Part shown: in pieces, positions 12,982 through 24,499 of the stretch
Position numbering within the stretch: the stretch's first letter is position 1
Layout of the letters: the number at the start of each line of letters is the position of its first letter
Assembly: GCF_006345805.1 (NCBI RefSeq)
Contig: NC_042997.1
Location: 60,760,001-60,824,000 of the forward strand
Direction: 5' to 3'
DNA length: 64,000 nt
Source of the DNA: Octopus sinensis
Lineage: Eukaryota
Made by a program: the position numbers and the translations under genes
The notes under the pieces: generated by a model
The model's database searches: none
What the model was told of the DNA's origin: nothing
The model's input: the letters and a program-made list of their open reading frames with translations, nothing else

Positions 12982-13599
12982 CTTGGTTGTTTTATTTATT
13001 TCTTTTGTTTTACATCCATTTTTTATGGTAATGATACTTGCTGATGTGTGTGTAGCCTTGTCTACTATTATTGATTTGAACCTGTGTTTTATCAGTCAGG
13101 GCAACTGGAGCAAGCAGAATCATATCTCTTGCCCAATGTCACACTACAATAGCTGTAGTAAGAGTTTAACTTATAAAGATATTATCAATAATCCATATTT
13201 TAAACTCAGTTTCATTTTACCATCCAACAGTTAAAAAGTTCTTATCTGTTTAACTATTAAATCACTATATGTATAAAGATATTTATATTAAAATCAATAT
13301 TATATCCAAATTCAATCAATTTATACAGAAATATGTTTTGATAGAGAATGTGATCTACAGTCTCAGGCTGAGTGATGAAATTGAAACTCATGAGGTTGTT
13401 GTTTAGCCCAAGGTCAGTACTGAACATGTGGACTTATGATCAAATATATTCTAATCTTGACAATTTTCTCTTTTCCAGGCATAAAATTCAATGTTATTTC
13501 TTTCTTTATTCAAGGTAGCAGAGTTTGATTTGAAAAAGATTTTGCTCTCCCACCCTCCATATTTTTTGATTTACCAGCAGGTTTCTTATATAGCTGCTT

Positions 13600-13920
13600 T
13601 CATTCCTCCCTGTATTGTCACTTATTACCTCCTTCTTCCTGAGCCATTTTTATTCTTTCACCTTCTCCATAACACTAATATTCACCACTGATCACACCTT
13701 CACCTGTGTCCCATTCCCTACATCTCTCTCTACACTCATCTCTAACCATTTGTCACACTCTCCTCACACTCTAATGAACCTGTCTACTCACCCTTCTCGA
13801 TGCTTTGTCTGTATTCTTCCTTATACACATCTGATACAATCACCACGATTATTGTCTTCTCTCCAGCCCATTCACCCATTTATGATGCAAGGTAGTCACA
13901 TATCTCCACTAAAGCAAGAT
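13600..13920 (+). repeat. Pyrimidine-rich interspersed repeat related to 23080-23590 (-) and 36850-37250 (+), probably a Penelope-like 3' region
   Basis: Similar CT-rich composition and shared short motifs (tcacctgtgt..cact, ctctaatgaacct, tcttccttatacac). Confidence 0.4.
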
Positions 13921-14771
13921 ATACACACTCTCACATACATACATATACATGTGTGTGGGTGTGAGTATGTTTTTGTGTTTCCTGGTTTTGACATAGCATG
14001 ATAGTTGTAAATGAGAGCCACTTTCATACAATTGTTTTTCATTTTCAATATTCTGTGAAAACATGTCTGGCCATGGGGAAATTTTACCTTGCTTGGAAAC
14101 AGGTGAGGGTAGGTGGTAGAAAGGTTATCCAACTGTAAAAAGTCTGTCTCAATAAACTATGTCCAGTACATGCAAGTATGGAAACGTAGATGTCAAAAAG
14201 ATAACGATGATGATATATGTATACATGTGTGCATACACACATACATATGTATATATGTATGTATACACACACACACGCATATATCTATATATACACACAT
14301 ATGCAAAAACATAGATACATAAATTTCAAACATACATACACATATACATCTTGTTGTTTTGAAAGTTAGAGGTGATTTATCAACTTCTGTGTAGGCTAAG
14401 ATGTGCAAGTTCTATAGAAATCACATATTTACATATTGTACAGCATGTGCATAGTCTAATATCATACTATCAGTTGCACCCTGTTTTGATTGGGGTTACC
14501 GTTCTATTACAGTAAAGGTCAATAGCTTTCATCTATCCTTGCTGCTATACCAGTATAACAGTGCTAAGACTACTTGGTATTTCAGCTTTAATGTTATTTC
14601 ATTGATTTAACTTGAAATCTTTCAGAAGCATATGCAACTTATATATACTTAAGTATACTCATGCAAGTCCCTCAATATATTATTTAAAAAATATTTCTTA
14701 ATCACCACTAGCTAGAAAGGACTTCAGTAATATTTACTTCTGGTAATCTTTATAAGAAAATGTAACAGACT

Positions 14772-15117
14772 TTATAATATTACTAATTGTGTAGCTAGAA
14801 AAACTGCCATCACTGTATTATACTTGGATTCAGTCAACATACAATACAGGAAAGTTTCAAATAGTTTTTCTAGAGAATTTACCCTACTGTTGTCTTCCAG
14901 TATGGTTGAAATCCTTGTTCTCCTGAAATGAGGGAAAGGCCCTAGTTTGTTGTCTGAATTCTCATCGGTATCTGAGTTGTCTGCCCCTGTTGGCTCACCT
15001 CTTTCACTGAGGCTGTGTAGCTTAGAATCTTTTACTATTTGATTTTTCTTCAACAGTTTGCGTTCATCTACCAGTGGCGAGGGGTGAGGGGACAATGAAC
15101 TCGGTCGAATAAGATAT
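14772..15117 (-). CDS. Slo2: Slo2/KCNT probable terminal coding exon (YLIRPSSLSPHPSPLVDERK...LVIL*)
   Basis: Begins with the conserved (I)YLIR. Acceptor ttttttag at 15118-15119. Frame stays open to TAA at 14772 (track ORF 14772..15140). The 3' end is uncertain because of a possible internal donor after 14883. Confidence 0.8.
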
Positions 15118-15658
15118 CTAAAAAAACAAAAAAAAAACAATAAAAAATATTTTAAAACAAAATTATATAAGCTTTTAACAATAATTATTTATAGACTTTG
15201 ACATAAAATTGCTATTTCTTTTTCATAATCATGTGAAGATTTAATACATGAATTTTATACCACATATTTTTGTAATTAAGAAAACCATCTTAAAATTCTA
15301 ATTAATATTCAATAGTATAAAAATCAAAAAATAGAAAATTTGTTTGAAAAATTAGCTTTTATGATTTGCATGCACATTCTGTGAGAATAATGTTTTATAG
15401 AAATGACTTTGCTTTTCATCTCTTGAAGCTTAAGAGAGAATAAATGACAAAGTTAGTTTGTTAGAGGACAACCAGTTATGTGTTCAATGGTTAGTATGTT
15501 GCTACCAGCATTGTATTCAGTTCACGGTTCAACCAATTAACTTTTAAAATGCATAATACATCTAACTGGAATAAAGTACAGTGGAATAGGGGAAAAAAAT
15601 CTCTCCTCTAAACAGTGTTATGTTAAGTTGTAGTGTACTGAATTCAACTTGTCCTGTG

Positions 15659-17634
15659 ATGACCATAAAATTTGTATTTGTTTGCACAATCCCTTTACAT
15701 GAAATGTATCTCTTTGCAGATGACAGTGATTACTTCCTCCATTATCTATTTCTTCTAAGGACATACTTCCTTACACTGGCCAGACACTTTGTCATGTAAA
15801 GTCTGGTACTCTCTTTCTCCATTGTTTTTGTTATTTTCTTGAGAGGATTATTTTCCTATTTGCTGTGATCTACCCTATTTTCTAGAAAGTCTAACATTTA
15901 TTTCTACAAAAAAAGAACATGTCTCAGAAGCATCAAAATAATCGAAGTACTTATGAAAGAAACTTACTAACAATGCTATATTCTTCATAAACACATAGAT
16001 AAAAATTTCCTGCACTTAAATGTTAACTCTCACAGTTTTTGAAATCTTTTCATAGCTTTCCTAACATAATAAAGGATGTACAATGAAGATCAATTTTCTC
16101 TTCAAGGAAAGAAAATGTTTTAGTTCTGAACATTTTCTCTACAAGGTGCAAGTAATGCACTTATATAAATAGTTTGACTGAAAATAGAAACACTACTTGG
16201 GTTTGGGACTGATCTTGCCCATACTAAAGACCAAACAAGAGAGCCTCTATATGGTTGCACAGCCAGTTACAAATAGCAGCCAAATTTCACTTAAATTACA
16301 CCCTAGTGTCTTAAAAAAGAAAAAGATTTTAGATATTGTAGTACAAGATAGCTGTTTCATGATGGAAAAAAAAAAAGAAAAAAGAAATGAGATGTAAGAT
16401 GATCATAGCTGTAGGTCTACCTGATCAGAGCTGATTTGGGGATAAACAATAAGAACAACAATAATTCCCAACAACACCCAATTCTGAAGCAGAGGAATAA
16501 TTTATTTTGCATTATGGAGCTAACGCAATAGTTCCAGTATGGTTTGAACTCTTAATTAGTCTTTCTGTAGTCCTCTAACAAGCCAGACATCTGTAGCAGC
16601 TCACTGAAGATATCACAAATTCATAAATATGACAGCTATATCTTTGGAACCATTACTTTAGATTCTGAGTTATTGATTACCAAAAACAAGCTCACATTGA
16701 ATATTGCAGTTGCATAATTTCTGATTTAAGAGAAAGTGCCAATATTGCAGAATTACTGAAGACTTTTATTTATCTCATTGGCTGTCTGCTTTCTGTTTAA
16801 TAGCAAATATCTAAGTTGGTTAGAAACTGTGCTCTCATCAAACATATTATAGTGAGATCAGAAAATGGAAAAAAAATATTATCTAAATATACTTACATGA
16901 TATCATCAAGAACTAATTTTGTGTCATAACTGGGATTAGTGATAACATATGATAAGCAATTTTTCTTTTCACCACAATCATCTACAATGGTATGATATAA
17001 ATTCATTTGTTTTAGAATACAAGAAAAAAGAAAAAAAGACAGTCAATTTCTTTGAAAACAATTTCTACTGAAAAGAATAAAATGATTAATAAGGAATAGA
17101 TAAAAAGAAATGTTTAAAAAATGACCATAAAATTTGTATTTGTTTGCACAATCCCTTTACATGAAATGTATCTCTTTGCAGATGACAGTGATTACTTCCT
17201 CCATTATCTATTTCTTCTAAGGACATACTTCCTTACACTGGCCAGACACTTTGTCATGTAAAGTCTGGTACTCTCTTTCTCCATTGTTTTTGTTATTTTC
17301 TTGAGAGGATTATTTTCCTATTTGCTGTGATCTACCCTATTTTCTAGAAAGTCTAACATTTATTTCTACAAAAAAAGAACATGTCTCAGAAGCATCAAAA
17401 TAATCGAAGTACTTATGAAAGAAACTTACTAACAATGCTATATTCTTCATAAACACATAGATACAAATTTCCTGCACTTAAATGTTAACTCTCACAGTTT
17501 TTGAAATCTTTTCATAGCTTTCCTAACATAATAAAGGATGTACAATGAAGATCAATTTTCTCTTCAAGGAAAGAAAATGTTTTAGTTCTGAACATTTTCT
17601 CTACAAGGTGCAAGTAATGCACTTATATAAATAG
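15659..17634 (+). repeat. 514 bp direct duplication: 15659-16172 and 17121-17634
   Basis: Both copies run from atgaccataaaatttg to ttatataaatag at offset 1462. I found one mismatch (gataaaaattt versus gatacaaattt). Confidence 0.93.
16897..16981 (-). CDS. Slo2: Slo2/KCNT exon (N-DCGEKKNCLSYVITNPSYDTKLVLDDI-I)
   Basis: LSYVITNPSYDTKL resembles KCNT1 [20 protein letters not shown]. Acceptor cattgtag, donor gtaagt. 85 nt, phase 1 to 2, frame fits both neighbours. Confidence 0.93.
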
Positions 17635-18923
17635 AACAATGTGGATGCTACAAACATACATGCTCATGCATGCATACACCACAAGATGTTATCCCAAAAG
17701 AGGTAATTTAATTGATAAGTAAATCTTCACTCATGGCAAAGATGTAGCTTCTGCACCACTAAAGCAATGTTACTTCATCCAAACTATTAAGCTGTGAAAA
17801 ACTCTCATCCAAACTCAGAATTATATGTCTACCACTCTTCTTGTCATCTCAATTGTATCCTACTTTGTAAATAGTGTGCTAAGTACTGTACCAGAATCTT
17901 TTCCCCCAGAACTGAAGCACTGTGGAACTTCCTCTCACCTGTCTATATTTCCAACAGGAACAGTGAAAGTTCCACTTTATTATCATTACCTCAGTTCATA
18001 CTGGTTTCACATTTTGGTACAAGGCCAGCAATTTTGGGGTAGCAGGCTAGTTGGTTATATTGACCCCAGTTTTCAACTGGTACTTATTTTATCTACTCTG
18101 AAAGAATGAAAGGCGAAGTCAACCCTGGCAGAATTTGAACTCAGAACATAGAGATAGACAAAATACTACTAAGCATTTTTCCCTGCATGCTAATGTTTCT
18201 GTGAGCTTGCCACTCTTACATCAGTTCATATTGCCATAAAACAAACAATAATCTAATCAATAAACAAAGGTCTTCTTGACTCAATAAATCAATATATACT
18301 TTTTCTATCCAGAGGGTTTTTTAAAACCTATTATCTACATACTTTTCTTTATAGCTTTATCTACTTCAGGGTTCAACAATTATAAATGAATTTTTCATGT
18401 TCTCTTGAAATTTCCGAATTCTTATGACATAGATACTGTATACTATTTTAAACTGATGATACAATCAACAGAATGACTGAAGAGAGAAATGAAATAAAAA
18501 AGCTACAATGTAAAAAAATGTTGAAATCTCTTTAACATTAGATTAGTAATCAAGATTATTAATCAGAAACAGAATTTCATAATTTATTTTCTAGCAAGAT
18601 TCATTCATTAAAAATAATCAAAAGTAATAATTTTTCAGTGTTATTTTCATGAAAAAAAAAAAAACATAGCTAAATTCCAAGTAATATTTTCTTATACATT
18701 TTGAATATGATTTGCAAAGTATAAAGCAGAAACAGTGATCAGTTTTTAAACCAAGAAAATATATCCATTTTACTACAGATTTCAATAAAAATGTTTTGAA
18801 ATATCAGTATTTTCAGATTCAATGTGTAAAATTAAATTTTTTAATTTCAATTAAAAAAGAAAAAGATAGGAATAAAAAGAACACATTACTTGTAAAATCT
18901 TGCCAAGATCACAAAATACTTAC

Positions 18924-19056
18924 TATAATCTTTTAATGGAAGATTAAGATGAGCCATCCGGCATCTAACCATCTGTGCAATCTCTTGACGTTCAGGAGTT
19001 GTATTTGTATGGTAGGTAGATTGCTCTTCAGTTTCATGATTCATACTTAAAGAAAC
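18924..19056 (-). CDS. Slo2: Slo2/KCNT exon (VSLSMNHETEEQSTYHTNTTPERQEIAQMVRCRMAHLNLPLKDY)
   Basis: ERQEIAQMVRCRMAHLNLP resembles KCNT1 ERQELSELVKNRMKHLGLP. Strong acceptor ttttattttcag, donor gtaagt. 133 nt, phase 0 to 1. Confidence 0.92.
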
Positions 19057-19428
19057 CTGAAAATAAAAAATTAAATATGAATTTAGAATAGTTTTTTTTT
19101 ATATCAACAAAACACCAGAAGATATTTTAAAAAACATCTTTCTTTTCAGTTACCATGGTGAGAAGACATGGTGACACGACAAAGGGCAGTTCTGTAAAAT
19201 TCAATATTTGAATGAATTAGCAAAAATATTTTCTAGTAGGTTTTGAACCTGATATTTGTTAATGTCACATTAATAACATGCTTCATTTCATACTGCTATA
19301 AACAAAATAGACATGAAATTGAATACATAGAGCAGAAAAAATATTTGTATCAGTTCAAAGAATAATTGAATCGACAAATATATAGATGTACATAGATATG
19401 CACCCACACATTGATATCATATATATAT

Positions 19429-19476
<48 letters not shown>

Positions 19477-19956
19477 TAGATATAAGCAAAGCAAAAAATA
19501 ACAAAATAGACCAACTTTTAGTTAAGATAAATATTAATGAAAAAACTGAAAAAGTGCTGTAAATATTGAAATAGAGTTTCTTTAAAATGAGGCTCTAGAT
19601 ATTAATGTAGCTAGATGTTACTATGATATTGTAACTCAATGATTTAAGTTTATCATATCTGAAATTAAATGTTACTAGAGAAGAATGATACAATCAAATT
19701 CATTAAATGCCATATCAATTAATCCAGAGAAACTTTAAACATTATATTTTTCAGGTATTGAACTAAATATATTAAAGAAGATATTCATATATATTGGGAA
19801 GGATATACAAAAAATATTTATGAATATTCATTATAAAAGAAGCATCATAACATTTTGATTTGTATTGTTTAACTAAAGATGGGTTTGTTTCATTTTGGTT
19901 ATATAATTTACTTGGTGAAGTACATATATATATATATATATATATATGTGCATATA

Positions 19957-20775
19957 CAAGATGCATTACAAAAGTTTTGAGACATTTTTAGGACCAGTAG
20001 TTAGTTATAACAGTCCGAGATTATTGTAATTTTAGTATATCATAGCTATACATCTAATAAGCTGAGCTGCCAAATTTTGTTATTCCAGACTGAAGGTGAT
20101 GGTTGTAACAGCACTTTGAACACGTCCTACTAAACATTGCTTTCTACAGCTGATTAGTTTGCAGAATGCTGTCAGGATGTGAAGACAATTTAGAAGCTCA
20201 CTATATAATAAAGTTTTGTGTTAAACTGAACAAGAACACTACAGAAACTTATGAAATGCTCCACACTGGTTATGGATTAACTTATAAGAGCCAAGTGTCT
20301 GATTTTTACTGGCACAAGAGGCCAGGCAAAGTGAGTCCATGATGATTTCCTTTTTCAGCAGCAACACCAGATTCCTTCTGGTGAGTCAGCAAATAAAGAA
20401 CACTTAGTGGAGATTTTGAGGGAGTCCAAGCAATTTCCTTGCAAAAGGCCAGAGCGCCTGCACCAGGACAATGTACTAGTCCACAATTCCATCCTGGTAA
20501 CCAAAAACTTGACAAAGATGGGCATCAAAACTGTCCCTCACTCTCACTACATTCCAGACCTTGCTCCCCATAATATTTAGTTTTACACAAACTTAAGAGA
20601 TGAAGGAGGCTTTCATTTTGGAGGCCTTCCATAGCCCCTTCACAAAGTAGCTGGAGTTCTACAAGTGCACTGAAGTCAGATTATTATACTTTGAAGGAGA
20701 GTATAGTTTTGTGTTTCTTTGGAATTAATAAATGTCTCTCTTGAAAAGGTTTCAAAACTTCTGGAATATACCTTG
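19957..20775 (+). mobile_element. Internally deleted mariner element
   Basis: TA-flanked imperfect TIRs (caagatgcattacaaaagttttgagac and gtttcaaaacttctggaatataccttg). Internal GIKTVPHSHYIPDLAP resembles the mariner HPPYSPDLAP motif. Confidence 0.8.
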
Positions 20776-20833
20776 TACACTCATATGCATATACAGACAC
20801 ATGCACATTGCTATGAACAGATACACACACATG

Positions 20834-20865
<32 letters not shown>

Positions 20866-23413
20866 TATATATACATACACACGCACATTCATACATATAT
20901 TTATCCTCATCATCAGTTTAATCTGTTTCTCCATGCTAGCATGGAAAGATCTTTTCCAGCAAACCATCATGTCACTTGTTGTAATCCTTCATGATGTTAA
21001 GCTTCTTCAGATCAGAATTTACTGTTTCTCATGCCTTTCATTTGGATTATTTGACACACATCTCATTCTCCATACATATCAAATATCTGTCTGTAATAGT
21101 TCAGTCTTTTGTCATGTATTCAACAGCTAATTGCTCTTATATCCAGTTTTTGTCACACCACATTTAAATCCTGTCATTCATACACACAATTATTATATTC
21201 CTGCTCCCAGCTGATGAAGAAACAGCCAGAATGTTTTCAGGAAAACCTATAAGTAACTCCACCTCCTATAAAATCCAACATGGAATTAAATTAGAAAGAC
21301 ACACATCAAGTATCAATAATGAGCATTCTTTGAACAAATTATTTTACAATTAAAAAATCTATAAGTACATTCTAAATATAAAAATATTTTTTAAAATGTT
21401 AAAAGGGGGGAAAAAAAGAAAGAAAAGGTATGGATCCTGCAAAGAAATATAAGTTTGACAGAAGGAAGAAATAAATAGGAAAAGAGGACCAATTCCATTC
21501 ATACTCCAGCATCCACCTATGAGTTAATTTCATGAACTTAGTAAGAATTTTAAATCACAGTAACTAGTTTTAGGGATAGTGACATAGCTCTGCTTCTGAA
21601 AAATATTAAGTGCTCAAATATTTATATTAACACCTATTATAACTTGTATAGTTGTTAAGTCGACTATTTTTAAATGATTTTTTTTCCTTAGTGCGATGCT
21701 TTAAGTACAAGCATTCCACCTTTAAAAAAGAAAAATGACAAGCAAAAGGATAAAAGAACTATTAATAAAAAGTTTTATTTTTTAATTAATTTCAAAGTGT
21801 AGGCAAATAAAGCAAAATACAGAAAAATCAGATACAAATATAAAGATTAAAAATATAAAGATCTGTAAATTCCATAATAGAGTCCATATATATAAGAATA
21901 TATTATTGAATCATGCAAAACATTTCCTTTTGTAAAGCTGATCACACGCTGCCATTTTATAAAGACATTTTTGCAAGAAACCAATAAAAGTAAACTAAAA
22001 TGAAAGTAAGCTGAAGCAAAGCATTTAACAGATAAGGTAGTTCAGTCATGTTTGTTCATATAATGCCTGCAAGATGACTTGTGGGAAATATTAGCTTCTT
22101 TTAGAAAATATAGGAAATAACAATACATTGCATATGTATATATAATTCACAAAACATTTATTAGCAATTCGAACATTGTAGCAACACCAGCTTAAAAGCA
22201 TATAAAACATTCTGTGATGAAGCCTGAAACAAACATTGACAGCATATTGATGATTAGCTAATAAAAGTTTAAATAATATATTGGAAAGATATTTATATGT
22301 TGCATATTTTGTGTATTTTGTAACAATTTAATGCAATAATATAGTTGGGTGAGATAAAAATTCTTGAAATATTTAAACAAGACACTTTTACTATTAGAAG
22401 ATATATATCCTTTCAATTTATATATTACAATATATATCTTAATTAAAGATACTGCATTTCTGAAGTTACAATATTAAATCCATAGTAATTTTCTTAGTGT
22501 ATTACTTTTACTGATTTAGTATATATATTTAATTTATACTTTCAGAATTTAAATGATATAGATGTATTCTATTGATTGTATACACTTATTTAATTTTTCA
22601 TACCTCTGTTGAAATGAACTTTTGATAATTAGATAAGTTAATAAGTATTTTTGATTAATTTTTCATCTAATAAGTTACATTCTCTCTTAATTCATCATTC
22701 TTGCTGTTTACATAGAAATAATCCGCTATTAAGATAAGGCAATCTCACTTGTACCAATAATTTCATAGCATCAATCTACGTAAGTCTTATAATCATGATC
22801 GTCATGATCATCATCATCATTTAATGTCTATGTTGGATGGTTTGACAGAATCTGATGGACCCAAGAATAGCATCATACTCCAATATTTGCTTTGCCATAG
22901 TATCTATGACTGGATGCCCTTCCTAATGCCAACTATTTTACAGCATGTACTGGGTGTTTTTTTCATGCCACCAGCACTAGTGAAGCCACCATGCAGCTTG
23001 AAATGCTATGAACATCAAGTGGGTAGGTTTATGCTAAGAGATGAGTGTGAGAGAAAGGGCCAAAGCAGAGTTACATGACAACTCACATTTTAGAAAAGAG
23101 GATGGGAGTCATTGAGTGAAGATGGAAAGAGATAAAAATATTGGTGGTAAGGTGTCTGGGTGGGCCCTTAATGTATGAGATGAGTAGGAGTGAGTGAGAT
23201 GGGTGGACCAGAATAGAGAATGAGTGGAGGTTGCAAGAGTGTATGAGGGAATGAGAAATGGGCAATAGGTGAGAGAAGGGAAAGTAGGCAACAACTGTAA
23301 AGATGGGGTAGGGTTGAAGGATGAATGTAGTGAATGGCTGATGACCAATGATACAAGAGGTGAATGATTGTGTTGAGCAACAGTATAACAATGATTGTAT
23401 AGTAGACTGGTAG

Positions 23414-23415
<2 letters not shown>

Positions 23416-23477
<62 letters not shown>
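23416..23477. repeat. (GA)n microsatellite
   Basis: Directly visible. Confidence 0.97.
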
Positions 23478-23481
<4 letters not shown>

Positions 23482-24258
23482 ACAGATAATATGTGGTGTG
23501 GTTGGGTAGGTTGCAAGAGTGTGGGGTGTGAAGAAAGAGAAGCAGACATAGTGAATGAGGAGAGTGAGAGATGTATGGTGGTATTATTTTGAGCTGTATT
23601 TTAATTTTGATATATATGTATGCACAGTAAGTGATGCATTTAACTAAAATATGCTTGTCATTTCCATCTGAAGATCATTTTTAGTATGCTACTTGGATAT
23701 CATTGATGAACAATGATATACATTCATATCATAACTGAAGATTTTGACATACATCTGATATTAGATTACACTCACTCTCTTCACTATTACACATGCCTTC
23801 AGTTTACTCATATAAATACTTATTGAAAACTTAATTATTGTAAACCAAACACCTGGGCAATGAAGATTTGTAATTCTAATTATCTGCTACTAACACTAAG
23901 ATGGTTTGCAATAATCACTTATATATTGATAATGCGGAAGAAGCAGATGCATGGCTAAAACAGTTTAACCCAAACCTGTTTACAGATGACACTGAGCTTA
24001 AACTGGTTAAGTCAATATTTCTCACATTGTGTGGTATCACAGCAATCATCAAACTGAAAAATGTCCTGTATGTACAATAGTTTAAGATTGTTCAATTGAA
24101 GATTTAAAGTATGCTGTTGAAAATTCAGCTATACTTAATGAAATACATGATATCAAGTTGAAATTATTGGATCTAAATCAAAAACAAGAACCAGCTAAAT
24201 ATTCATTGTTAAGAAGGCTCAATGTACAGGCTTTTTATCTATGTAAATTCTCTACAAC

Positions 24259-24345
24259 CAAAGATGACAAAAAGCAAAGATGACAAAAAGCAAAGATGAC
24301 AAAAAGCAAAGATGACAAAAAGCAAAGATTATAAAAATAAAGATT
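24259..24345 (+). repeat. 16 bp tandem repeat (caaagatgacaaaaag) x4 plus degenerate tail
   Basis: Directly visible. Confidence 0.92.
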
Positions 24346-24499
24346 CTACAAACTTTTCCAAAAGCATCCATCTTGTAAGCCTTGTTATAATTATGCAAGC
24401 AAAGTAAGTATTTGCTCTTGGATCAGTAATACAACCAAGCTTTAATACATAAATTACTTTATGTTATTGGCAAAGGCTCTTATCAAAGAAAGCTGAATA

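Noticed and set aside
14784-14795. ATQL near the C-terminus resembling the mammalian ETQL PDZ motif
   Set aside because: It is not terminal (followed by VIL) and lies in a poorly conserved, possibly intronic read-through, so it is likely coincidence.
21505-21516. Possible 12 nt microexon (VDAG) on the minus strand
   Set aside because: An AG..GT pair this short arises by chance, and the acceptor context is weak.
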